Below are positions 34,256 through 44,075 of a stretch of DNA of 64,000 nt, piece after piece. The notes under the pieces were generated by a model. That model saw nothing but the letters and a program-made list of their open reading frames with translations. It was not told where the DNA came from and ran no database searches. Numbering within the stretch: position 1 is the first letter of the stretch; every line of letters starts with the position of its first letter. Origin of the DNA: an uncultured Clostridia bacterium (lineage in GTDB: Bacteria; Bacillota; Clostridia; TANB77; CAG-508). Location: positions 447 to 64,446 of the forward strand of contig CANPYN010000001.1 in the NCBI GenBank assembly GCA_947588635.1, written 5' to 3'. The position numbers and the translations under genes were made by a program.

Positions 34256-34387
34256 AATTCACCTCTTTAATTAGTATTATATTAAAATTTTCGCCTATTG
34301 TAAAGAAAAAAGACTTGCATTTTTTATATTTACATGTTAAAATAGAAAAAGTGAATTTTATTTTGACTTTAAGGAGGTGCAAAACAT

Positions 34388-34651
34388 ATGCCAAATATTA
34401 AATCTGCAATTAAAAGAGTAGATGTTATTGAAAAGAAAACATTAAGAAATAATATGATTAAATCTGAATATAAAACAGCTACAAAAAAATTTGAAGCTGC
34501 TGTTCTTGAAGGAAATAAAGAAAATGCTGAAAATCTTTTTAAACAAGCTGTTAAAAAAATTGATAGTGCTTGTTCAAAAGGAGTTATTAAAAAGAATACC
34601 GCATCTAGAAAAAAATCTAATTTAGCAAAAAAACTAAACACAATAGCATAA
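34388..34651 (+). CDS. rpsT: 30S ribosomal protein S20
   Basis: 87 aa starting MPNIKSAIKR behind a GGAGG RBS. The terminator lies at 34665-34692. Confidence 0.93.
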   Translation: MPNIKSAIKRVDVIEKKTLRNNMIKSEYKTATKKFEAAVLEGNKENAENLFKQAVKKIDSACSKGVIKKNTASRKKSNLAKKLNTIA

Positions 34652-34690
34652 AATATTATTTAGAAAACAAATCTCACAAGATTTGTTTTT

Positions 34691-34835
34691 TTGTTGAATA
34701 AGAAAAATCAAAGATTTTCCCTATTCAACAAAGCTTCGCAAATATTCCACACAAAATTTTGGCGGGCGAACAACGAGCGTGGGCTTTAAAATAAATTTAA
34801 ATAGTCTGACATCAAAAAGCCCACTGTTGTTCTTT
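34691..34835. repeat. Left arm of a ~150-bp inverted repeat pair
   Basis: Its reverse complement is nearly identical to 35608-35763. The differences I saw are an 11-nt insertion in the right arm (GAAAAAATTTT), GGGCTTTTTGATG versus GGGTTTTTTTTTATG, and two small differences inside the TTGTTGAATA...TATTCAACAA hairpin module. Each arm is itself built of hairpin modules. Confidence 0.85.
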
Positions 34836-34933
34836 TAAATAATTAGATAAATTATTCCAATAATTACCTTTGATTTACTAATTTTTATATGTTAACATAA
34901 ATATATGAGGTTGAATTATTGGAGGTTGTTTAA

Positions 34934-35185
34934 ATGATAAAAAAAATTATAAATGGTGTCAAAAATATAGAAAAAGACATATTGAAAATAATGTTTATAG
35001 GATTCAAATTTTCTTTTACAGTCTGCATTATATCTTGTATAATATCACTTTTGTACATATTACATCCTATATCTCACATATTATATTATTCAGGTATTAT
35101 TTTATTCAAAACAGGATTAACTTTTGGAGTAATGTTTTTTATATGTGCTTTTGTAATAGATAATATAAAAAAACAAATTGTATAA
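34934..35185 (+). CDS. Hypothetical 83-aa membrane protein (2 TM)
   Basis: It has a GGAGG RBS and two hydrophobic helices. Confidence 0.5.
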   Translation: MIKKIINGVKNIEKDILKIMFIGFKFSFTVCIISCIISLLYILHPISHILYYSGIILFKTGLTFGVMFFICAFVIDNIKKQIV

Positions 35186-35267
35186 AAGCTTTTATTAAAA
35201 ATTCTTTGACAATTATTTAATTTATTGTTATTATAATATTATAAATTTTAATAGAAGGAGATTAGGT

Positions 35268-35588
35268 ATGGAAGAAAACGAAAATTTAAATAATAATACT
35301 CAAACATCAACTAATGGTTTTGCAATTGCTGGTTTTGTAGTTTCACTATGTTCATTAATTATTAATTTTGGTGGTATTGTAGGATTAGTAGGAACTATTC
35401 TTTCTGGAGTTGGATTGTTACAAGTAAAAACTAAAGGTAAAGGCAAAGGGTTAGCTATAGCAGGTCTTATAATAGGTATTATTAGTATTGTTTATGGGGT
35501 TTATAGTATTGTTACAACATTAAATGGTGGCCTTTTTGATGCTGCTAAAAATGCTGTAGATGCAACTCGCAATCTTAATACACTTTAA
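35268..35588 (+). CDS. Small membrane protein, DUF4190-like
   Basis: 106 aa. GFAIAGFVVSLCSLI...GLAIAGLIIGIISIV is typical of DUF4190. The promoter has TTGACA at 35207 and the RBS is GGAG. Confidence 0.6.
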   Translation: MEENENLNNNTQTSTNGFAIAGFVVSLCSLIINFGGIVGLVGTILSGVGLLQVKTKGKGKGLAIAGLIIGIISIVYGVYSIVTTLNGGLFDAAKNAVDATRNLNTL

Positions 35589-35607
35589 TTAAATTAAATA
35601 TTTTTAT

Positions 35608-35763
35608 AAAGAACAACAGTGGGTTTTTTTTATGTCAGACTATTTAAATTTATTTTAAAGCCCACGCTCGTTGTTCGCCCGCCAAAATTTTGAAAAAATT
35701 TTGTGTGGAATATTTGCGAAGCTTTGTTGAATAGGGAAAATCTTTGATTTTCCTATTCAACAA
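35608..35763. repeat. Right arm of the ~150-bp inverted repeat pair
   Basis: See the left arm at 34691-34835. Confidence 0.85.
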
Positions 35764-35791
35764 AAAAGATAGGAGAATTTCTCCTATCTTT

Positions 35792-37231
35792 TTATTTTTT
35801 CAATTCTTCTAAGAACATTTTATTTAGCATTTGAGGGTTTGCTTTTCCCTTTGTTTCTTTCATTGCTTGTCCTACCAAAAATCCTAACGCCTTATCTTTT
35901 CCCGCTTTAAAATCGACAACTGACTGTGGGTTTGCTTCTAATATTTTTAATACAACTTCTTTAATTGCACCTTCATCTGATATTTGAATCCAGCCTTTTT
36001 CCTCTATTATTTTTTGTGGGTCTCTTGGATTTTCAAACATTTCTTGTAATACTTTTTTTGCAATACTTGAACTAATAGTTCCTTTATCAATCAAAACTAC
36101 TAAATTACCTAACTCATCTGATTTAAATGGTATATCAGATGGTTCTAGCTCTTTTTCATTTAATTCTTTTATTATATCTGTCATTATCCAGTTACTAACT
36201 GCCTTAGGATTGTTACATATTTTTGTTGCTCCCTCAAATAAATCAGAAAAATATTTTGATGATGTCAATATATTACTATCATATTCTGGTAAATTATATT
36301 CTTCTATATATCTTTTCTTTCTGCTTTCAGGCATTTCTGGAAGACTTTTTCTGATATTTTCCTTCATTTCCTCAGATATTCTAATTGTTACTAAATCTGG
36401 ATCAGGAAAATATCTATAATCTTGTGCATCTTCCTTATCTCTCATTGGAAAAGTTTTTCCAGATACGTCATCCCATCTTAATGTTTCTTGGTCTATTTTT
36501 CCACCTTCCTCTAGGACTTCTATTTGTCTTTCTGCTTCGTAATCTATTGCTCTTACTATTGACCTAAAAGAGTTCATATTTTTCATTTCTGTTCTAGTTC
36601 CAAATTCGCTTACGCCTTTTTTTCTAACAGACACATTTACATCTGCTCTTAAAGACCCCTCTTGCATTTTACAATCTGATACTTCTATATATTCCAATAT
36701 AGATTTTAATTTCTTTAAGTATAAATCTACTTCTTCGCTACTTCTTAAATCAGGTTCTGACACTATTTCTATAAGAGGAACACCTGCTCTATTTAAATCA
36801 ACTAAACTTCCTCTTCCATAATCATCATGGTTTAATTTTCCTGCATCTTCTTCAATATGTATTCTTGTAAGCCCTATTTTTTTCTTTTCGCCATCTACTT
36901 CTATCTCTATATATCCATGTTCACAAAGTGGCATATCATATTGTGATATTTGATATGCTTTTGGTAAGTCCGGATAAAAGTAATTCTTTCTATCGTTTTT
37001 ACTTATATCTGCAATTTTACAATTCGTTGCAAGTCCTGCTTTTATAGCATACTCTACTACTTTTTCATTTAAAACTGGAAGTGTACCAGGCATTGCCATA
37101 CATACTGGACAACAATGAGTATTTGGATCTCCTCCAAATTCTGTAGGACAAGAACAGAATATTTTTGTTTTTGTAGATAATTCACTATGAACCTCTAGTC
37201 CTATAACTATTTCATAATCTTCTCTTGACAT
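35792..37231 (-). CDS. gatB: Asp/Glu-tRNA(Asn/Gln) amidotransferase subunit B
   Basis: 479 aa and full-length GatB-like (IGLEVHSEL...). The terminator lies at 35762-35791. Confidence 0.95.
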   Translation of the reverse strand: MSREDYEIVIGLEVHSELSTKTKIFCSCPTEFGGDPNTHCCPVCMAMPGTLPVLNEKVVEYAIKAGLATNCKIADISKNDRKNYFYPDLPKAYQISQYDMPLCEHGYIEIEVDGEKKKIGLTRIHIEEDAGKLNHDDYGRGSLVDLNRAGVPLIEIVSEPDLRSSEEVDLYLKKLKSILEYIEVSDCKMQEGSLRADVNVSVRKKGVSEFGTRTEMKNMNSFRSIVRAIDYEAERQIEVLEEGGKIDQETLRWDDVSGKTFPMRDKEDAQDYRYFPDPDLVTIRISEEMKENIRKSLPEMPESRKKRYIEEYNLPEYDSNILTSSKYFSDLFEGATKICNNPKAVSNWIMTDIIKELNEKELEPSDIPFKSDELGNLVVLIDKGTISSSIAKKVLQEMFENPRDPQKIIEEKGWIQISDEGAIKEVVLKILEANPQSVVDFKAGKDKALGFLVGQAMKETKGKANPQMLNKMFLEELKK

Positions 37232-37346
37232 ATTTTTCCTCCTTTATATGTATATGGACAAACCTCAGTCACTAGTATTCCTCATAGATTGAGGTATGTC
37301 CCCACTGTGACCTAAGTGATGTCAGTATTTCAGTACTATACATTTG

Positions 37347-38798
37347 TTAATTTTTAAACATTGGCTTATGATTTTCTCTAAATTTTATATTTTGCTCATA
37401 TGTATATGCTGCTCTTAAGATTGTTTCTTCATCGAAATGTTTTCCGATTAATTGCATACCTATTGGCATACCTTGTTTATCTACTCCACATGGAATCGAA
37501 ATTCCTGGAAGCCCTGCAATATTAACAGTTACAGTACAAAGGTCTGCTAAATACATTTCTAATGGGTTATTAGATTTAGAACCTATTTCATATGCTACAC
37601 TTGGTGATGTTGGTGTTAATAGCATATCATATTTCTCAAATAATTTTTCAAATTCTTTTCTAATTATAGTTCTAACTTTTTGTGCTTTTTTATAATATGC
37701 ATCATAATATCCTGATGAAAGCACATATGTACCAAGAATTATTCTTCTTTTTACTTCTGCTCCAAATCCTTCGCTTCTTGAATTTCTATATATATCTTTT
37801 AATGAAGTGAAGTTTTTAGTACGATATCCATATCTTATTCCATCAAATCTTCCTAAATTTGAACTAGCCTCTGCACAGGCAATTATATAGTATACTGCTA
37901 AAGATTCATCTGCAATATCTAATGAACACTCTTCTACAATTGCTCCCATTTCTTCATATTTCTTTATTGCTTCTTTTACTGCTGATTTTACTTCTTCATT
38001 TATACCTTCTCCAAAATATTCTTTTGGAATACCTATTTTTAACCCTTTTACATCTTCTCTTAAAGCTTTTGTATAATCTTTTTTATCAATATTTACTGAT
38101 GTAGAATCTTTTTCATCATATCCTGTAATTAAGTTTAATAGCATTGCACTATCTGTTACATCTTTTGTAATTGGTCCTATTTGATCAAGTGAAGATGCAA
38201 ATGCAACTAGTCCATATCTTGATACTAATCCATATGTAGGTTTTAGTCCAACAACACCACATAAAGCAGATGGCTGACGAATAGATCCACCTGTATCTGA
38301 ACCTAAAGCCCATGGTACCATATTTGCAGCTACTGCAGCTGCTGAACCACCGCTAGATCCTCCTGGTACTGTATTTAAATTCCAAGGATTTCTTGTTTTT
38401 TTGAATGCTGAATATTCTGTTGAAGCCCCCATTGCGAACTCATCCATATTCAGTTTACCTAAATATACCATGTTCTCATCATTTAATTTTTCTATAACTG
38501 TTGCATTATATGGAGCAACAAAATTCTCTAGCATTTTAGAACTACATGTGGTTCTAGTTCCTTTAATACACATATTATCTTTTATTCCTATTGGAATACC
38601 GGCAAATTTTGTACTCCTTTCTTTAATACCTTTCACTTTATCTAATGCTTCTTTATCTGAAACACTTACAAAAGCTTGTACATCTTTCTCTTTATCATTT
38701 ATTCTATCTATATAGCTTTTAGTTATATCTTCTAAATTTATTTCATTATTATCTAGCTTTTCTAATAATTCATGAACAGTCAATTCATAAAGTTCCAT
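37347..38798 (-). CDS. gatA: Glu-tRNA(Gln) amidotransferase subunit A
   Basis: 483 aa with the amidase signature [12 protein letters not shown]. Confidence 0.95.
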   Translation of the reverse strand: MELYELTVHELLEKLDNNEINLEDITKSYIDRINDKEKDVQAFVSVSDKEALDKVKGIKERSTKFAGIPIGIKDNMCIKGTRTTCSSKMLENFVAPYNATVIEKLNDENMVYLGKLNMDEFAMGASTEYSAFKKTRNPWNLNTVPGGSSGGSAAAVAANMVPWALGSDTGGSIRQPSALCGVVGLKPTYGLVSRYGLVAFASSLDQIGPITKDVTDSAMLLNLITGYDEKDSTSVNIDKKDYTKALREDVKGLKIGIPKEYFGEGINEEVKSAVKEAIKKYEEMGAIVEECSLDIADESLAVYYIIACAEASSNLGRFDGIRYGYRTKNFTSLKDIYRNSRSEGFGAEVKRRIILGTYVLSSGYYDAYYKKAQKVRTIIRKEFEKLFEKYDMLLTPTSPSVAYEIGSKSNNPLEMYLADLCTVTVNIAGLPGISIPCGVDKQGMPIGMQLIGKHFDEETILRAAYTYEQNIKFRENHKPMFKN

Positions 38799-38846
38799 TA
38801 AAACTCTCCTTTCAAATTTTATTAATAAATAAATTGTATTATTTAT

Positions 38847-39131
38847 TTAGATAACCTTAGGAATCTTGAACATATTATCCTCTTGTTCAGGTGCATTTTG
38901 TAATAGAGCTTCTCTATCTTCAAATACTTTTATTTCATCTTTTCTAAAGACATTTGTATTATTAGCAATGCCTATTGATTCCTCTACATTTTCTGTATCT
39001 ACATTATTTAAAATATCTACAAAATTTAATATATCTTGCAAATTTTTTGCATATTCATCTATCTCATCCTCTTTAATATTTAAGTCCGCAAGTTTTGCAA
39101 TATGCAATATTTCATCTTTACTAACAACCAT
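38847..39131 (-). CDS. gatC: Asp/Glu-tRNA amidotransferase subunit C
   Basis: 94 aa counted from MVVSKDEILHIAKLADLNI. The longer track ORF carries an unsupported N-terminal extension. Confidence 0.88.
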   Translation of the reverse strand: MVVSKDEILHIAKLADLNIKEDEIDEYAKNLQDILNFVDILNNVDTENVEESIGIANNTNVFRKDEIKVFEDREALLQNAPEQEDNMFKIPKVI

Positions 39132-39344
39132 TAATTTACTTCCTTTCTTACATATTTTAACTAATGTGTTCATTATATAATCTTTTGCAAAAAAAAACAA
39201 GACTACAAATCTTCTTTTTTGATTTCCCTCAATTTTATTTATAATATTAGCTTTAATCAATATTTTATTGCAATTTTTTTATATTTATAGTAAACTTATT
39301 TTATTAGTAAATGGAGTAAATTAATTGCTCAACTGGAGGTTAGT

Positions 39345-40631
39345 ATGTTAGATATTAAATTTGTAAGAGAAAATCCCGATTTAGTTAAGGAAAATATTAA
39401 GAAAAAATTTCAAGATGATAAATTAGAGTTAGTTGACGAAGTTATTGAATTAGATAAGAAATACAGAGAGTTTCAATTAGAAGGCGATACCCTTAGAATG
39501 GAACGTAACTCTCTTAGTAAAGAAATTGGCAATCTTATGCGTGAAGGCAAAAAAGACGAGGCAGAAAGTACTAAGTCTAAGGTAAATGAAATTAATTCTA
39601 AATTAGAAAATATAGAAAAAGAAACTGATGAATACAGTAATAAAATAAAAGAAATTATGATGAGAATTCCAAATATGATTCATGAGTCTGTTCCTATTGG
39701 AAAGGACGACACAGAAAATGTTGAAATACAAAAATATGGTGAACCAGTAGTTCCTAATTATGAAATACCATATCATACAGATATAATGGAAAAATTATCT
39801 GGCATCGATTTAGAATCTGCACGTAGAGTTGCTGGTAATGGATTCTATTATTTAATTGGAGATATAGCAAGGCTTCATTCTGCAGTTATATCTTATGCTA
39901 GAGATTTTATGATAAATAAAGGATTTACCTATTGCGTTCCTCCTTTTATGATTCGTAGTGATGTTGTAACAGGTGTTATGAGTTTTACAGAAATGGATGC
40001 AATGATGTATAAAATAGAAGGTGAAGATTTATACCTTATAGGTACAAGCGAACACTCTATGATAGGTAAATTTAAGGGACAAATTTTACCAAAATCAGAA
40101 ATTCCATACACAATGACTTCATATTCCCCATGTTTTAGAAAAGAAAAAGGAGCTCATGGTATTGAAGAAAGAGGTGTTTATAGAATACACCAATTTGAAA
40201 AGCAAGAAATGGTTGTTATTTGTGAACCAGAAGATAGTTATGAATGGTATGATAAAATGTGGTCTTATACAGTAGAGTTATTTAGGAGCTTAGATATACC
40301 TGTTCGTACACTTGAATGTTGTAGTGGTGATTTAGCAGACTTAAAAGCAAAATCTTGTGATGTTGAAGCTTGGAGTCCAAGACAAAAAAAATATTTTGAA
40401 GTTGGAAGTTGTTCTAATATGACAGATGCTCAAGCAAGAAGATTAGGAATCCGTATAAAAGGTGAAAAAGGAAACTATTTTGCACATACCTTAAATAATA
40501 CTGTTGTTGCTCCTCCACGTATGCTTATAGCATTTTTAGAAAATAATTACAATGAAGACGGAAGTGTTAATATTCCAGAAGTTTTAAGGCCTTATATGGG
40601 AGGAACTTCCAAGATAGTTCCAAAGAATTAA
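39345..40631 (+). CDS. serS: Seryl-tRNA synthetase
   Basis: 428 aa with a coiled-coil N-terminus and class II core motifs. Confidence 0.95.
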   Translation: MLDIKFVRENPDLVKENIKKKFQDDKLELVDEVIELDKKYREFQLEGDTLRMERNSLSKEIGNLMREGKKDEAESTKSKVNEINSKLENIEKETDEYSNKIKEIMMRIPNMIHESVPIGKDDTENVEIQKYGEPVVPNYEIPYHTDIMEKLSGIDLESARRVAGNGFYYLIGDIARLHSAVISYARDFMINKGFTYCVPPFMIRSDVVTGVMSFTEMDAMMYKIEGEDLYLIGTSEHSMIGKFKGQILPKSEIPYTMTSYSPCFRKEKGAHGIEERGVYRIHQFEKQEMVVICEPEDSYEWYDKMWSYTVELFRSLDIPVRTLECCSGDLADLKAKSCDVEAWSPRQKKYFEVGSCSNMTDAQARRLGIRIKGEKGNYFAHTLNNTVVAPPRMLIAFLENNYNEDGSVNIPEVLRPYMGGTSKIVPKN

Positions 40632-40633
40632 TT

Positions 40634-40866
40634 AGATAAATTGTTGTTTGTATGGGTCGCCGCCCTCGGCGACCCGCAGAATCAAATTTGTTGCAAACGT
40701 TGTAGGGGTCGGCGCCCTCGGCGACCCGTGATAAAATAAACATATAGAGATGTTAATAAATTATCTCATACCAATTCGCTAGGACGGAGGAAAAAATCCC
40801 ATTTCTGCGAAATAGATTTTTTCCTCACGTCCATACGCTCTCACTCCTACAAACAACAATTTATTT
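40634..40866. repeat. MITE-like composite element E4 (inverted relative of E3)
   Basis: Termini are AGATAAATTGTTGTTTG and CAAACAACAATTTAT. GC hairpins lie at 40654-40675 and 40691-40727. The module CGCTAGGACGGAGGAAAAAA...TTTTTTCCTCACGTCC is the reverse complement of the E3 module. Confidence 0.7.
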
Positions 40867-40882
40867 AAGAAAGGAAATTAAA

Positions 40883-41470
40883 ATGATAGTTAAAAATCCT
40901 CAATTTGAAATATCTGCTGTAAACCCAAAACAATACCCTAAATCAGAACTCCCTGAAATTGTTTTGGTTGGTAAGTCTAATGTTGGTAAGTCTTCATTTA
41001 TAAACACAATGATTAATAGAAAGAGCTTAGCTAGAACTAGTAGCCAGCCTGGAAAAACTAGGCAGATTAATTTTTACAATATTGATAATAATTTCTATTT
41101 TGTTGACTTACCAGGATATGGATATAGTAAAATGAGTAAACAAGAGCAAGTAAAGGTTGGAAATTTTATTGAACAATATTTACAAATTAGAAAAGAAATT
41201 ATGCTTATTGTATTCTTAATAGATATAAGACATAATCCTACTGAAAATGATAAACTTATGTATGATTATATAATTAACAAATCGGGAAATAATCCTTGCA
41301 TAATTATAGCAAATAAAGCCGATAAAATAGCACCTACAAAAGTAGATTCAAGAGTTCTAGAATTGCAAAACATATTAAATCCTTTAAAGGATATACCTTT
41401 TCTTCCTTTCTCCTCTGAAAAGAAAAATTATTGTGATGATGTTTGGAAAGAAATTGAAAAATACATATAA
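40883..41470 (+). CDS. engB: Ribosome biogenesis GTP-binding protein YsxC/EngB
   Basis: 195 aa with the motifs GKSNVGKSS and DLPGYG. Confidence 0.92.
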   Translation: MIVKNPQFEISAVNPKQYPKSELPEIVLVGKSNVGKSSFINTMINRKSLARTSSQPGKTRQINFYNIDNNFYFVDLPGYGYSKMSKQEQVKVGNFIEQYLQIRKEIMLIVFLIDIRHNPTENDKLMYDYIINKSGNNPCIIIANKADKIAPTKVDSRVLELQNILNPLKDIPFLPFSSEKKNYCDDVWKEIEKYI

Positions 41471-41472
41471 TA

Positions 41473-41497
41473 AGACCCCTTATTAAAGGGGTTCTTT
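41473..41497. terminator. Bidirectional terminator between engB and truA
   Basis: It is the hairpin AAGACCCCTTATTAAAGGGGTTCTT. Confidence 0.65.
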
Positions 41498-41514
41498 ATA
41501 TATCTAATATAAAT

Positions 41515-42253
41515 TTAATTATATTTTACTTCTACCAAGTACAATCCATGTGCAGGAAGTGTTTTTCCTGCTTTGCTTCTTTCTTTTGATTCTATAATTT
41601 CTGGTATTTCGTCTGCTTTTATTTTTCCGAAGTCCTACATCTACTAATGTTCCAGATATAATTCTTACCATATTATATAAAAATCCATTTCCTGTAAGTT
41701 CTATATAAATTCTATCACCTTTCTTTAAAACCTCTGCTTGATATATTGTTCTTACACTACTTTTGCTACTTGTTCCACTTGCTTTAAATGCCTTGAAATC
41801 ATGTTCTCCTTCAAAATACTTTGCTGCTTTTTTCATTTCTTCTACATTAAGTTCTATTGGTATGTGACATTCTAAATCTCTGTATATTGCTGTGCCTTGC
41901 TTAGAATTATTTATTATATATCTATATGTTTTTTGTTTTGCGTTATATCGTGCATGAAATCTATCATCTACTTCTTCTGCTTGCTTTATAATAATACTCT
42001 TTTTTAATCTCGAATTTATAGCTATTGCAAACTTTTCGATAGGCAAATTACTATTTGTTTTAAAATTTGCAACTTGCCCAAAAGCGTACACTCCTGCATC
42101 TGTTCTTCCTGATGCAATTAGCTCTACTTCTTCCCCCGTTATTTCTTTTATTGCATTTTCTATTTCGCCTTGTATGTTTAATTTGTTTGGCTGTTTTTGC
42201 CAACCATTAAATTTTTTTCCATCATATTCGATTGTTAATTTTATATTTCTCAT
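41515..42253 (-). CDS. truA: tRNA pseudouridine(38-40) synthase; needs a +1 shift at CGG
   Basis: It has the catalytic RTDAGV motif. At CGG (plus-strand CCG at 41627-41629) the shift gives ...[45 protein letters not shown]. The product is 245 aa. Confidence 0.9.
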
Positions 42254-42321
42254 TATATTACTCCATTTAATTTTTTTGATTTTACTATTTACTTTTTGTA
42301 AAAATATGTTATAATAAATTT

Positions 42322-42412
42322 AGAAATAGGAAGCCACAAAAAGTGGTTGCCATCAGAAAATGATTTTTTAGGTACATTCTCTAACGGTCAAGCAGAGAAT
42401 GTGCCTTTTTTA
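42322..42412 (+). ncRNA. Candidate antisense sRNA (putative type I antitoxin)
   Basis: It has an extended -10 promoter TGTTATAAT (-10 at 42310-42315), a small hairpin GCCAC-AAAAA-GTGG, and a strong terminator GGTACATTCTCT...AGAGAATGTGCC plus T-run at 42371-42410. It converges on the peptide gene and overlaps that gene's 3' region. Confidence 0.4.
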
Positions 42413-42526
42413 TTGTTTGCTTATAACTATAGACAATGCTATAATTAAGGCAAATGCTATAATGGTTGTAATAATCCATGCTGTCGTAAGTAATATTATA
42501 ATATGCAATAAATATTCTTCTATCAT
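42410..42526 (-). CDS. 38-aa hydrophobic peptide (putative type I toxin; not in the ORF track)
   Basis: The peptide is MIEEYLLHIIILLTTAWIITTIIAFALIIALSIVISKQ behind AAGGAGGTG. A consensus promoter TTGACT-17-TATAAT lies at 42596-42624 on the minus strand. The 5' UTR segment CATCTCCTCAT can pair with the SD. Confidence 0.45.
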   Translation of the reverse strand: MIEEYLLHIIILLTTAWIITTIIAFALIIALSIVISKQ

Positions 42527-42674
42527 CAGCATCACCTCCTTATCTTATGTATGAGGAGATGACAACCACATTTCTGCTTTTCCTATTTCGCTATTATTAT
42601 ACAGAAATTGGAAATATTAGTCAATGCTTTTTTGACAATCTTCGGATTAAAGATATAAAAATCAGAAACAATTA

Positions 42675-43606
42675 TTATGTTTCTGATTTTGTTTTATTGC
42701 TTTTCTTTTTTCCTTCTAATTTTTCTTTCCATTTTGCTCTTTTCTTTTTTAGATTTTCATTTCCAAATCTTTTTGTTACTATATTTTTTATTAATATCTG
42801 TCTTAATGCTTCTTCTTTTACATCCATAATTAATGTTCCATCTTTTGCAATTGATATTTTTCCAGTTTCTTCTGATACAACAACTACTATTGCGTCTGAT
42901 TCTTGCGACATTCCGTGCTGCAGATCTATGTCTTGTTCCAAGTCCTTTTGATATGTTTTTGTCATTAGATAGTGGCAACAAGCAAGCTGCTGATTTTATT
43001 TTGTTATCACTAATTATAACTGCACCATCATGAAGTGGTGTTTTTGGATTAAATATATTTACTAATAATTGTGGAGATATCTCTGCATCCATTATTATTC
43101 CAGTGTCTGCTATGTCTTGAAGTTTAATATCTCTTTCTATAACTATTAGTGCTCCCGTTTTATTTTTTGCCAGTTCTACACATGCGATTATAATTTTATA
43201 TATATTCTCTTTTGTTTTTGTTGCAATATCTTTATCTATTCCAAAAAACTTAGTTAACTTGCTAGTACCGAAGTTGTTCTAATGCTCGCCTTATTTCTGG
43301 TTGAAATATTATTATTAATAATATTACTCCATAAGTCATAAATGACGTTAATATATAGTTTAGTATATGCAATTCTAAAAATGAACTTAACAAGGTAAAA
43401 ATTACTAAAAACAAAATACCTTTCATTAATTGCCATGCTCTTGTTTCTTTAACAATTTGTATTATCTTCATTGCTAAAAATAATACTATTGCTACATCTA
43501 TTATTAGCATAATTATTTTAAATGGATTTTCTTTTAACATATTCAAATAATTAATTATATCCTGACCTGTAATTTCTAGGGCCGGTGTAAATAATGAATT
43601 CTTCAT
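42675..43606 (-). CDS. cdaA: Diadenylate cyclase CdaA (DisA_N); needs two +1 shifts at CGG
   Basis: It has three N-terminal TM helices. Three track ORFs join at CGG codons (plus-strand CCG at 43268-43270 and 42913-42915). The junctions read ...RRALEQL-G-TSKLTKFFG... and ...[36 protein letters not shown].... The product is 309 aa. Confidence 0.88.
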
Positions 43607-43646
43607 TAGTACTCCTTTTCAAAATATGTATATTGTTAGTATAGCA

Positions 43647-43766
43647 TTATCGTGCCACTAAATACCAAATTAATGTAAATCCTACACTTAAAACCATAAG
43701 TCCTGCTAAAACTGACGCTACTATTCTTGTTATTAACTTTTGTTTATCTATTTTCTTTTTTGCCAT
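43647..43766 (-). CDS. Hypothetical 39-aa membrane peptide upstream of cdaA (not in the ORF track)
   Basis: The peptide is MAKKKIDKQKLITRIVASVLAGLMVLSVGFTLIWYLVAR behind AAAGGAGTG. Confidence 0.35.
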   Translation of the reverse strand: MAKKKIDKQKLITRIVASVLAGLMVLSVGFTLIWYLVAR

Positions 43767-43844
43767 CTGTATTTCACTCCTTTAAATTCCATAGAATTAT
43801 ATTAACACAATAAAATTTGTTTTTCAATTAATTTTTATAAAATT

Positions 43845-43982
43845 AGATAAAATTGTTGTTTGAGAAGTGGGAAGTTGGATGTGAGAAATGAGAAATTAGG
43901 GAAAATCTACGAGGGCTAGACCTAAAATCACACCTCTCACTTCACACCTCTCACATCTCAAAAACAAATTACAATTTATCTA
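43845..43982. repeat. MITE-like element E5
   Basis: Termini are AGATAAAATTGTTGTTTG and CAAAAACAAATTACAATTTATCTA. The core is an imperfect internal palindrome rich in GAGA/TCTC. Confidence 0.65.
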
Positions 43983-44075
43983 ATTAATGATTGCACAATT
44001 TGAATTTTATGTTTATTTATGTTATAATTGCTTTGGTCAGGTTAATACACACTTTTATGAAAGGAGCTTTTTATA

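Noticed and set aside
34369-34641. A 90-aa ORF antisense to rpsT, and the 60-aa ORF at 34212-34394.
   Set aside because: They are shadow ORFs of a ribosomal protein gene and its promoter region.
34691-35763. The inverted-repeat-flanked segment read as an insertion sequence or transposon.
   Set aside because: There is no transposase or recombinase ORF between the arms, only two small membrane proteins. I kept it as a repeat-flanked cassette instead.
42547-43092. Track ORFs 42547-42951 (+), 42833-43033 (+) and the separate minus-strand fragments 42675-42965 and 42757-43092 treated as independent genes.
   Set aside because: The minus-strand fragments are consecutive parts of cdaA joined at CGG sites. 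The plus-strand ORFs are shadows.
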